NCBI RefSeq assembly: GCF_000008665.1
Contig: NC_000917.1
Location: 270,001 to 302,000 of the forward strand
Source: Archaeoglobus fulgidus DSM 4304
GTDB lineage: Archaea > Halobacteriota > Archaeoglobi > Archaeoglobales > Archaeoglobaceae
Reading direction: 5' to 3'
Length of the DNA stretch: 32,000 nt
Below are positions 14,267 through 21,050 of the stretch, piece after piece. Position numbers and translations under genes: made by a program. The notes below the pieces were generated by a model. That model was not told where the DNA came from. It did not search any database and saw only the letters and a list, made by a program, of their open reading frames with translations. The first letter of the stretch is position 1; the number at the start of each line of letters is the position of its first letter.

Positions 14267-16438
14267 CTAACAAAATTGTATTCGTCTTTCTGGGTCGTCG
14301 TATCTTCCGTAGTTCCACCCTGATGCGTCTTTCCATATTATTCCCCCAGCCTCTTGGAGTTTTCCATCCGGGTATGCGAGTTTAGCGCCTACTGCCCCAA
14401 CATCTTCTCGTTTTATCAACTCCAAAAGTGGTGGTAGCCATCCTGGAGTAACGATGGTATCATTATTTAAAAATAATATATATTTTCCTGAACTAGCTTT
14501 TGCACCAATATTACAGGATTCAACGAAGCCTACATTTTCTTTGTTTCGTATAATCTTCACGTTTTTGATTTTATCAAATAGAGTATCAACCTCCTTTTCT
14601 GTTGATGCATCGTCAACTAATATAACCTCATATGAGCAACCAGCAGTATTAGAGAGTATTGATTTCAAGCAATTATATGTTAATTCTGCATTATTATATA
14701 CAGGAATCACTATTGAAACTTCAGGATTTTCGAAATTAGGAAATTCTAATTCTGACACATCAGCTGTATTGAAAGATGTACTAGGAGTACCGTAAATGTC
14801 TTTAGTCTCAATTTGCATCTCTTCCAACTTTCTTTGCTTTCTGTACTCTGACGCGCTTCTCCACAAACCTCTGAATCCAGAACTAGCCAAAACCCTCAAC
14901 CCTTTAATCCCCAAATCATACCACCTTCTCCTCCTCGTCCCTAATGGAGCAACTCTCTCAACAAAGGAGTGCCACTTCATCACAGCTCTCCACGTAACGC
15001 TGGACTTTATCGAGTCCAGCTCTGCTGCCAGTCTAATATTCTCCTCCGTGAGATTTCTTATTTGCTCTTCCCTGGCAGCAAGTTCCGACTTAACCCTCTG
15101 CTCCTCCTTCCTAAGCTCTTCAATTGCTTTCTCTCTTGCTGTAAGCTCTCCATTCAGCCTCTCCACCAAGCTCTCCTTTTCCTTCAGCTCCCCCTCCAAG
15201 CTCCTTATTTTTTGCTCCAAGTTGATCGATTTTACCTTGAACTCGTTCAGCTCTTTGGTTTTCTCTTCGAGCGATTTTGTTAGAGCGGATACCCGTTCCC
15301 TCTCACTTTCAAGCTCCCCACTTATCCTCTCAAGCTCATCGTTGAGCCTTTCGATCTCAGCTTCCCTATCCCTGACCGCACTCCTCAGGCTCTCTATCTC
15401 CTGCTGCAACCTGCTTAATTCTCCATCCTTGATTTTCAACGCGTTTTCAAGCTCATAGACTCTTCCACTCTTCTCGGCCACCTCGGTGTTTAATTTATCC
15501 AGACTCGCACTCAGATCCCCTATTTGCCTCTCTTTCTGCTCAACAATTGAATTCAATCTGCCAACTTCCACCTCCAGCTCCCTTAACCTTTTTTCAAGAT
15601 GCCTGATGTATTTTCTGAAGTTGTTGATTAGGACACTACTAACATCGGTAAGATAACTTCGATAATCAATTTCTTTCAGCGGTGAATCTGATGCTATCGC
15701 AATAAAATACATAGGTTCCTTCCTTTCAGCCTCAACTCTAACAAAACTCCTCTCTCCCCTTTCTATTACGAATTCACTGCTTCTATCATTATCTTCTGTC
15801 AGGCACCAGATTTGCGAAGAAGGATAAACTCTCTGCCCGAAAAAGTAGATGTGCTTGAAGTATCTGCCAAGCAAAGCTTTAAACTCATCAAAGTACAGCT
15901 CCTTTACGTGAAACGGATTCTGATAGTTTGGTTCGTCACTGTAAACCTTTTTGTTGGGAGTCGACACAACGAAAATTCCATCCTTCTTCAAAACTCTCTT
16001 CACTTCCTGAAGCATTTCCTCATGTTCTGCAATGTGCTCAAGAACTTCAAAACAAATTACAGCATCGAAAATTTCCTCACCATCGACCGGTATGCTGGTA
16101 ACTGAACCGACACGATATTCAAGATTGCTTCTTATATATGTGCTGCTCGCGTGCTTTATAGATTTATCATCAATATCCACCCCAACAACTTTCTTGGCGT
16201 ATTTGGATAAAATATAGCTCCCATAACCCTCACCGCATCCGAGGTCCAAAACAACCTTCCCCTTGACAAACTGTGCTGCAAAATAATACCTGTGAAGGTG
16301 CTCATAGTGAATTTCCGCTCCAACCTCTTCAGGTTTTGCCGTTGGAATATATCTCCCCCCCGTCCACTCTAACATACTTTGCACCCGCCCCAAATTATTC
16401 GAAAGCCACCAATACTTTATAAAAGAGTTTCTATGCAC
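14267..16438 (-). CDS. N-terminal part of the split gene: SAM-methyltransferase, long coiled coil, first half of a GT2 domain
   Basis: VLDLGCGEGYGS / FDAVICFEVLEHI (methyltransferase). A heptad-rich E/K/L/R region of roughly 210-220 aa (about 14940-15590). Then VSIVIPVYNN...VILVDDAS...FLNNDT (GT2). Ends ...GRYDDPERRIQFC* inside the GT2 fold. Confidence 0.8.
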   Translation of the reverse strand: MHRNSFIKYWWLSNNLGRVQSMLEWTGGRYIPTAKPEEVGAEIHYEHLHRYYFAAQFVKGKVVLDLGCGEGYGSYILSKYAKKVVGVDIDDKSIKHASSTYIRSNLEYRVGSVTSIPVDGEEIFDAVICFEVLEHIAEHEEMLQEVKRVLKKDGIFVVSTPNKKVYSDEPNYQNPFHVKELYFDEFKALLGRYFKHIYFFGQRVYPSSQIWCLTEDNDRSSEFVIERGERSFVRVEAERKEPMYFIAIASDSPLKEIDYRSYLTDVSSVLINNFRKYIRHLEKRLRELEVEVGRLNSIVEQKERQIGDLSASLDKLNTEVAEKSGRVYELENALKIKDGELSRLQQEIESLRSAVRDREAEIERLNDELERISGELESERERVSALTKSLEEKTKELNEFKVKSINLEQKIRSLEGELKEKESLVERLNGELTAREKAIEELRKEEQRVKSELAAREEQIRNLTEENIRLAAELDSIKSSVTWRAVMKWHSFVERVAPLGTRRRRWYDLGIKGLRVLASSGFRGLWRSASEYRKQRKLEEMQIETKDIYGTPSTSFNTADVSELEFPNFENPEVSIVIPVYNNAELTYNCLKSILSNTAGCSYEVILVDDASTEKEVDTLFDKIKNVKIIRNKENVGFVESCNIGAKASSGKYILFLNNDTIVTPGWLPPLLELIKREDVGAVGAKLAYPDGKLQEAGGIIWKDASGWNYGRYDDPERRIQFC

Positions 16439-16441
16439 CAG

Positions 16442-17284
16442 CTACCTTTCTCTACGACGAGTTTGACAGATGGAGTGTTCCATTTCCGTGGAGATATCCT
16501 CAACTTCAGCGCGTATGTCCTGAACACTTGTATTATTCCTTTTCCTGAATTCCTCTAAATCACCAAATATGCTTTCCTCTCCAACAACGATTCTGGGCCC
16601 GATTACTGTTTTTTCTGGACATTCCTTTCTGATCACACATAAAGAATTGTAAAACTCAACTGATCGTATCGTAGCGAGCTCTGAGTCGTCAAAACTCAGG
16701 TTATACTTTTCAGCAAACTTCGAAAGTAACCACTTCCTCGATTTGCCCAATCTCCAATGCTCGTAGTTAATAACATCAATGAGGGTTTTGAAGAAATTAA
16801 TTGCTGAATAGTATTCAAACAAACCGCCGCCAAAGTTTTTCCAGTAACTGCAACACAGGTCTTCGACAATATATATCCCACCGTAATTCAACAGAGGGTA
16901 GTAATTTGCAAAGGCTCTAATTATATCGGACGATTTATGTGAGCCATCGTCTATTATTATGTCCAAACTGCTAACAATTTCTCTCACCCTTTTAGCAGTC
17001 AATAAATCACCTGCATCTCCTATCACGATCTTTATTCGCTCGTCGTCGTAAGTAAGCTCAGAGCATCTTTCATCTATGTCGCAGCCAATTATATTTTTTG
17101 CATTTGTAAAATATTTCGCCCAGATTTCAAGGCTCCCACCATTCTGAACTCCAATCTCCAAAATGTTTACTTCTTTATCCTTGTAGTCTGAAAATAACTG
17201 CTCATATATTTCTAAATAGGAAGTCCATTTATCCGTCACCTTTCCTTTATGCGTTCTAAATAACTCCACGAGTCTATAAGTCAT
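16442..17284 (-). CDS. Class I SAM-methyltransferase, CmcI / sugar O-methyltransferase-like
   Basis: 280 aa. HKGKVTDKWTSYLEIYE, ILEIGVQNGGSLEIW (motif I) and IIIDDGSH are typical of the CmcI-like family found in glycan clusters. First gene of the minus-strand operon. Confidence 0.75.
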   Translation of the reverse strand: MTYRLVELFRTHKGKVTDKWTSYLEIYEQLFSDYKDKEVNILEIGVQNGGSLEIWAKYFTNAKNIIGCDIDERCSELTYDDERIKIVIGDAGDLLTAKRVREIVSSLDIIIDDGSHKSSDIIRAFANYYPLLNYGGIYIVEDLCCSYWKNFGGGLFEYYSAINFFKTLIDVINYEHWRLGKSRKWLLSKFAEKYNLSFDDSELATIRSVEFYNSLCVIRKECPEKTVIGPRIVVGEESIFGDLEEFRKRNNTSVQDIRAEVEDISTEMEHSICQTRRRER

Positions 17285-17310
17285 AATTTTAGATTTCTGC
17301 AGAATTATGT

Positions 17311-17318
17311 AATATAAT
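17311..17318 (-). promoter_or_regulatory. Candidate TATA box (ATTATATT, minus strand) for the glycan-modification operon
   Basis: 26 nt from the ATG at 17284, in an AT-rich divergent intergenic region. Confidence 0.4.
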
Positions 17319-17361
17319 TTTTACTTACAACAAAGGTCGGCTAAAGATGCATTGCCAATAA

Positions 17362-17426
17362 GCGTGCTACAAAGTGCGCCAATCCAAGCCACGAAGTAGC
17401 GAATGCCAAATTTTAGAAATTGTGAT
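17362..17426 (+). repeat. Inter-module block, copy 0 (GCGTGCTACaAAGTG ... GCCACGAAGTAGCGAAtGCCAAATTTTAGAAATTGTGAT)
   Basis: The same block recurs after toxin 1 (18130-18199) and toxin 2 (18865-18961), and partly after module 5 (21005-21027). Confidence 0.7.
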
Positions 17427-17451
17427 TGAGCAATCAAAAAAGACTGCAGCC

Positions 17452-17464
17452 GAAACCTATTTCT
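17452..17464 (+). promoter_or_regulatory. Conserved GAAACCTATTTCT box (putative BRE/TATA) of module 1
   Basis: Identical 13-mer 21 nt upstream of the antitoxin ATG in all five modules. Confidence 0.5.
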
Positions 17465-17485
17465 TCTTTCATGCAAACTAATAAC

Positions 17486-17677
17486 ATGCCAAAAGTCATT
17501 GAAGCCATTTACGAAAACGGAGTGTTCAAGCCCCTCCAGAAAGTTGAACTCAGGGAGGGGGAGAAGGTAAAAGTCATTGTGGATCGGGGACTTACCCAGT
17601 TATTCGGGATGTTCCGACACAGGCGTAAGACGGACCTGGACGAAGATATGGATCTGATGATAACGGAGAGAGCATGA
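17486..17677 (+). CDS. AF2212-like (DUF104) antitoxin, module 1
   Basis: [30 protein letters not shown]... The ATG at 17486 is preferred to the TTG at 17426 because all paralogues start at MPK(I/V)IEA. The stop overlaps the toxin ATG (ATGA). Confidence 0.8.
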   Translation: MPKVIEAIYENGVFKPLQKVELREGEKVKVIVDRGLTQLFGMFRHRRKTDLDEDMDLMITERA

Positions 17678-18126
17678 AGGTCTTTTTCGACACCTCTTTC
17701 TTTGTCGAGTATTTTAGAGGGAATGAGAATGCACGGAGGATTTACGAAGAACTGAAGAATTACGAATATTTTACATCGCTCAATGTGGTAGAGGAAACGA
17801 CCTATATACTCATGAAGTTTACCGCTTCTGATTTTGTGAAATTGGAGAAGCACTACGAAGTAATCAAGAAACTCAAGGAAGATTCAAATGTGTACGAGAA
17901 AAGTCTCAAAAATGCAAAGCTGTTTTACAGCTCAATTCTTCATGACGGATTCCAGATCCTGCCATTGCCTTCTTGGGACCTCGTTCTCGAGATTATGGAG
18001 CGATACAGACTCCTGCCAAACGATGCCCTAATAGCAGCAACCTGCAAGCATTATGGGATAAAGAAAATCGCAACCTTCGATGAGGATTTCAGGAGGGTTG
18101 ACTTTCTGCAGGTCGTAGAGCTTTGA
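17674..18126 (+). CDS. vapC: PIN-domain toxin (VapC-like), module 1
   Basis: 150 aa. [10 protein letters not shown] at the N-terminus; C-terminus [38 protein letters not shown], shared by all modules. Confidence 0.85.
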   Translation: MKVFFDTSFFVEYFRGNENARRIYEELKNYEYFTSLNVVEETTYILMKFTASDFVKLEKHYEVIKKLKEDSNVYEKSLKNAKLFYSSILHDGFQILPLPSWDLVLEIMERYRLLPNDALIAATCKHYGIKKIATFDEDFRRVDFLQVVEL

Positions 18127-18129
18127 ACT

Positions 18130-18199
18130 GCGTGCTACGAAGTGAGCAAGCTGAAAGCTTGCCACGAAGTGGCGAACGCCAAATTTTAGAAATTGTGAT
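18130..18199 (+). repeat. Inter-module block, copy 1, with hairpin 18142-18165
   Basis: GCGTGCTACGAAGTG-aGCAAGCT-GAA-AGCTTGC-CACGAAGTGGCGAACGCCAAATTTTAGAAATTGTGAT. A 7-bp stem plus a GTG/CAC extension. Confidence 0.7.
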
Positions 18200-18223
18200 G
18201 GAGCAATCTAAAAGGCGGCAGCC

Positions 18224-18236
18224 GAAACCTATTTCT
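18224..18236 (+). promoter_or_regulatory. Conserved GAAACCTATTTCT box of module 2
   Basis: 21 nt upstream of the ATG at 18258. Confidence 0.5.
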
Positions 18237-18257
18237 AAACTGTAACCAAATAACAGT

Positions 18258-18452
18258 ATGCCCAAAATAATCGAAGCCATTTACGAGAACGGCGTGTTTA
18301 AGCCCCTCCAAAAGGTTGACTTGAAGGAGGGGGAAAAAGCCAAAATCGTTTTGGAATCCATCTCTGACAAGACGTTTGGTATTCTAAAGGCCAGCGAGAC
18401 GGAAATAAAAAAGGTTCTGGAGGAAATAGATGACTTCTGGGGTGTTTGTTGA
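18258..18452 (+). CDS. AF2212-like (DUF104) antitoxin, module 2
   Basis: [33 protein letters not shown]...; 64 aa; overlaps the toxin start by 23 nt. Confidence 0.85.
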   Translation: MPKIIEAIYENGVFKPLQKVDLKEGEKAKIVLESISDKTFGILKASETEIKKVLEEIDDFWGVC

Positions 18453-18861
18453 TACAAATATTTTGGTAAGACACCTTGCTGGGGATCAAAAGGCAAAGAA
18501 ATTAATAGATCAAATTGAGATCGGGGAAATTCGCGGATATATTAACCAAATCGTGGTTTCGGAAGTTGTCTTTGTGTACATGAGACTGTTGACAAAATTA
18601 GACGCAAAAACGCTGAAGAGAAATCATGAGATTATCTGCAAAATTGACCTTGAGCCAGTTTACGAGATTCTAAGCATTTTTGTCGAATTACAATCTTCCA
18701 ATTTGATTACGGTTGAATCTCGGAAAATAATGTCGAGATACGGGCTTTTACCAAACGACGCGTTAATCGCTGCAACATGCAAGCATTATGGCATCAGGAA
18801 GATTGCAACTTTCGATGAAGATTTCAGGAGGGTTGACTTTCTGCAGGTCGTAGAGCTTTGA
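18430..18861 (+). CDS. vapC: PIN-domain toxin (VapC-like), module 2
   Basis: 143 aa. VFVDTNILV at the N-terminus; C-terminus [38 protein letters not shown]. The last 42 coding nt, the stop codon and the following 15 nt (60 nt in all) are identical to module 1. Confidence 0.85.
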   Translation: MTSGVFVDTNILVRHLAGDQKAKKLIDQIEIGEIRGYINQIVVSEVVFVYMRLLTKLDAKTLKRNHEIICKIDLEPVYEILSIFVELQSSNLITVESRKIMSRYGLLPNDALIAATCKHYGIRKIATFDEDFRRVDFLQVVEL

Positions 18862-18864
18862 ACT

Positions 18865-18961
18865 GCGTGCTACGAAGTGTGCAAACCGCCCATGAGACTT
18901 CTAACCCAAACAGGTTTGCCACGAAGTAGCGAACGCCAAATTAGGATTTTAGAGATTGTGA
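18865..18961 (+). repeat. Inter-module block, copy 2, with hairpin arms 18881-18887 / 18913-18919
   Basis: GCGTGCTACGAAGTG-tGCAAACC...GGTTTGC-CACGAAGTAGCGAACGCCAAATTaggATTTTAGAgATTGTGA. The stem differs from copy 1 by paired (compensatory) changes. Confidence 0.7.
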
Positions 18962-18989
18962 CCGGCAATCGAAAAGGAAAACATCAGCC

Positions 18990-19002
18990 GAAACCTATTT
19001 CT
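18990..19002 (+). promoter_or_regulatory. Conserved GAAACCTATTTCT box of module 3
   Basis: 21 nt upstream of the ATG at 19024. Confidence 0.5.
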
Positions 19003-19023
19003 AAACCTCAACCAAATATCAGT

Positions 19024-19218
19024 ATGCCCAAAATAATCGAAGCCATCTACGAAAACGGAGTTTTCAAGCCCCTCCAGAAGGTGAATTTCAGACCGGGATC
19101 CAAAGTAAGAATTGTGATTCAAGAAGACAAAAAAGAAATCCTGCGAAAATACAAGGGTGTTTTCGGAAAAGCAGAGGTGGAGGAGTTGAGAGAATACGAA
19201 GGGGAGGTAATGCTTTGA
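19024..19218 (+). CDS. AF2212-like (DUF104) antitoxin, module 3
   Basis: [33 protein letters not shown]... The ATG at 19024 is preferred to the GTG at 18877 of the ORF track. Confidence 0.8.
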
Positions 19219-19664
19219 TCGTTTTGGATACCAACATTTTCTACAACTTCCTCTTCGAAACGAACTTGACCGAAAAATCTGAAAGAATTCTCGAAACCTA
19301 CGAACCGCTGTTCTCGACTTTCACTGTTTGGAACGAGACGATTTACGTAGTTTCAAGAAAGCTTGCCGAGATAAAATTTGGAATAAAATCGTATGTAAAG
19401 TTCAGGAAATTAGTGGCAGAGGAAGGATACAGTTTCTGTGCCAAGGAGATAGAGGCTTTTGAAAGTGTAATTCGAGACTTAAACATAACAGTCTTGAGAG
19501 ACTATCAAAATCCGCGGGAAATATCGGAAATCATGAGCAAATTCAAATTACTTCCGAACGATGCCCTGATAGCTGCAACCTGCAGGCATTACGGGATAAG
19601 GAAGATCGCCACCTTCGATGAAGACTTCAGGCGAGTAGATTTTCTTGAGGTTGTTGAGCCTTAG
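19215..19664 (+). CDS. vapC: PIN-domain toxin (VapC-like), module 3
   Basis: 149 aa. TTG start overlapping the antitoxin TGA (TTGA). IVLDTNIF at the N-terminus; C-terminus [38 protein letters not shown]. Confidence 0.8.
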
Positions 19665-19666
19665 GG

Positions 19667-19679
19667 GAAACCTATTTCT
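19667..19679 (+). promoter_or_regulatory. Conserved GAAACCTATTTCT box of module 4
   Basis: Starts 2 nt after the module 3 stop; 21 nt upstream of the ATG at 19701. The long inter-module block is absent here. Confidence 0.5.
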
Positions 19680-19700
19680 ATTCTCAGACCCACAATCTAT

Positions 19701-19926
19701 ATGCCAAAAATCATCGAAGCTGTATATGAGAACGGAGTTGTTCAAGCCCCTTCAGAAGGTTGACTTGAAGGAGGGAGAAAAAATCCGACTTAGATTGGAT
19801 GAGAGGGGCTATATCGATCACAGTCTGATCAGAGAGCTTGAAGTTTTACTTAAAAACGCACCAAAAACAAAAATAGACCTCAGAGAACTGGAGAGGTTAC
19901 ACGATGTCGGAAAAATGCTTTATTGA
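19701..19926 (+). pseudogene. AF2212-like antitoxin, module 4, frameshifted after codon 13
   Basis: The ATG at 19701 gives [20 protein letters not shown]. One extra base in GGAGTTGTTCAAG (paralogues have GGAGT(G/T)TTCAAG) shifts the frame. The rest ([22 protein letters not shown]...) is readable only from the internal ATG at 19726. Confidence 0.7.
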
Positions 19927-20359
19927 TACCACAGTGATTCTCGAAGTCATCTTAAGGAAAGAGTTCAAGATTTTAGAGAAACTGTCGGAATACGTTCTCC
20001 ATACATCTGTAAACGTTCTTGAGGAGGCATCTTTCAAGATCATCTTTGTAAGCGTGGTTGACGAACTCTCCGTTAGCCGTGTCAACATTTTCAAAGTTAA
20101 GGATAGCTTTGAGAAAGGTATAGGTTCATCCCTAACTGAAACGAGGCTTCACGCACTAAATGTGCTTAAGGATGCTCTGAAAATCATAGAAATCGACGAA
20201 CACATTTTTGATATGGCCAAGAAAATAATTCTGGAGTATAAGCTCTTGCCAAACGACGCCTTAATAGCTGCCACCTGTAAGCATTACGGCATAAAGAAAA
20301 TTGCAACTTTCGATGAGGATTTCAGGAGGCTTGATTTTCTTGAAGTACTTGGACTCTAA
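19904..20359 (+). CDS. vapC: PIN-domain toxin (VapC-like), module 4
   Basis: 151 aa. CFIDTTVIL at the N-terminus; C-terminus [38 protein letters not shown]. Appears intact. Confidence 0.85.
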   Translation: MSEKCFIDTTVILEVILRKEFKILEKLSEYVLHTSVNVLEEASFKIIFVSVVDELSVSRVNIFKVKDSFEKGIGSSLTETRLHALNVLKDALKIIEIDEHIFDMAKKIILEYKLLPNDALIAATCKHYGIKKIATFDEDFRRLDFLEVLGL

Positions 20360-20387
20360 CTGAAAAATCAAAAAAGAAGCACCAGCC

Positions 20388-20400
20388 GAAACCTATTTCT
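20388..20400 (+). promoter_or_regulatory. Conserved GAAACCTATTTCT box of module 5
   Basis: 21 nt upstream of the ATG at 20422. Confidence 0.5.
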
Positions 20401-20421
20401 TCTTTCATGCAAATTAATGAC

Positions 20422-20619
20422 ATGCCAAAAGTAATAGAAGCCGTGTATGAGAATGGCGTGTTCAAACCGTTACAGAAGGTTGACTTGAAGGAGGGGGAAA
20501 AGGTTAAGGTGGAGCTAAAGGAGAGTGTTGTGGAGTCTGTGGCTGGAATTCTCAAAGTGAGCGATGAAAAGGTGAAAAAAGCCCTTGAAATGATTGAGTA
20601 TGGAGAAGATATTTATTGA
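20422..20619 (+). CDS. AF2212-like (DUF104) antitoxin, module 5
   Basis: [34 protein letters not shown]...; 65 aa from the ATG at 20422 (the ORF track starts 5 codons earlier). Confidence 0.8.
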   Translation: MPKVIEAVYENGVFKPLQKVDLKEGEKVKVELKESVVESVAGILKVSDEKVKKALEMIEYGEDIY

Positions 20620-21002
20620 CACGAATGTCATAATCGACCTGCTGAGAGGAAAGAAAAGCGTTGTTTCCTTCTTCCGGGATGTGGAAGATGGTGAAATACA
20701 CGGCTTGACTAACAAAAACGGTGTTTCTGGAAACTGTTTACGTTTACCTGATCCTTACAACGGATAAAGGTCCGCTAACCTTAAGAAAGAGGCCAGAGCT
20801 AATTGAGAATGTAAATCTGGAGCCAGTTCTGAGAGTTTTTGAGATTATCGACATGCTGCCAACTGACAGGATTGCCAAAGAATACATAGTTGAACTTATT
20901 GGAAAATTTGGATTGCTGCCAAACGATGCCTTAATCGCAGCAACCTGCAAGCACTATGAAGATTTCAGGCAAGTGGATTTCCTTGAAGTTGTAGAGCCTT
21001 GA
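20600..21002 (+). pseudogene. vapC: PIN-domain toxin, module 5, frameshifted and internally deleted
   Basis: The ATG at 20600 gives [17 protein letters not shown]...EIHGLTNKN, then the frame is lost in the A-run 20711-20720. ORF 20721..21002 continues VFLETVYVYL...[15 protein letters not shown]|[14 protein letters not shown]. That tail lacks the 9 codons GI(K/R)KIATFD present in all paralogues. Confidence 0.75.
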
Positions 21003-21004
21003 AT

Positions 21005-21027
21005 TCGTGCTAAGGAGTGTGCAAACC
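21005..21027 (+). repeat. Partial inter-module block closing the array (TCGTGCTAagGAGTGTGCAAACC)
   Basis: Matches the first part of the block at 18867-18887; only the left hairpin arm is present. Confidence 0.55.
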
Positions 21028-21050
21028 ATCCGGCAACGTAATCTCAGTGT

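Noticed and set aside
14796-15458. 220-aa Ser/Leu-rich plus-strand ORF (and 14969..15283) opposite the coiled-coil coding region
   Set aside because: This is a shadow ORF. The antisense of a long E/K/L/R heptad-repeat region naturally lacks stops and yields S/L/F-rich low-complexity sequence, and the minus-strand product has clear domain signatures.
18142-18165. Hairpin followed by a T-run as a bacterial-type intrinsic terminator for the toxin gene
   Set aside because: Archaeal termination mainly needs oligo-T tracts rather than hairpins, and the hairpin is absent between modules 3/4 and 4/5. It is kept as an unexplained conserved structure (see findings), not annotated as a terminator.
17426-19023. 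Upstream-extended starts for antitoxins (TTG 17426, GTG 18877, ATG 20407) given by the ORF track
   Set aside because: All six paralogues align from MP(K/R)(I/V)IE, and the conserved promoter-like box lies inside the proposed extensions. The extensions are also not conserved as protein.
17300-21050. Regularly spaced repeats that might look like a CRISPR array or a simple tandem duplication
   Set aside because: The period is ~600-750 bp, and the conserved parts are protein-coding ends plus promoters while the variable parts are coding too. No short direct-repeat/spacer structure exists anywhere in the window.
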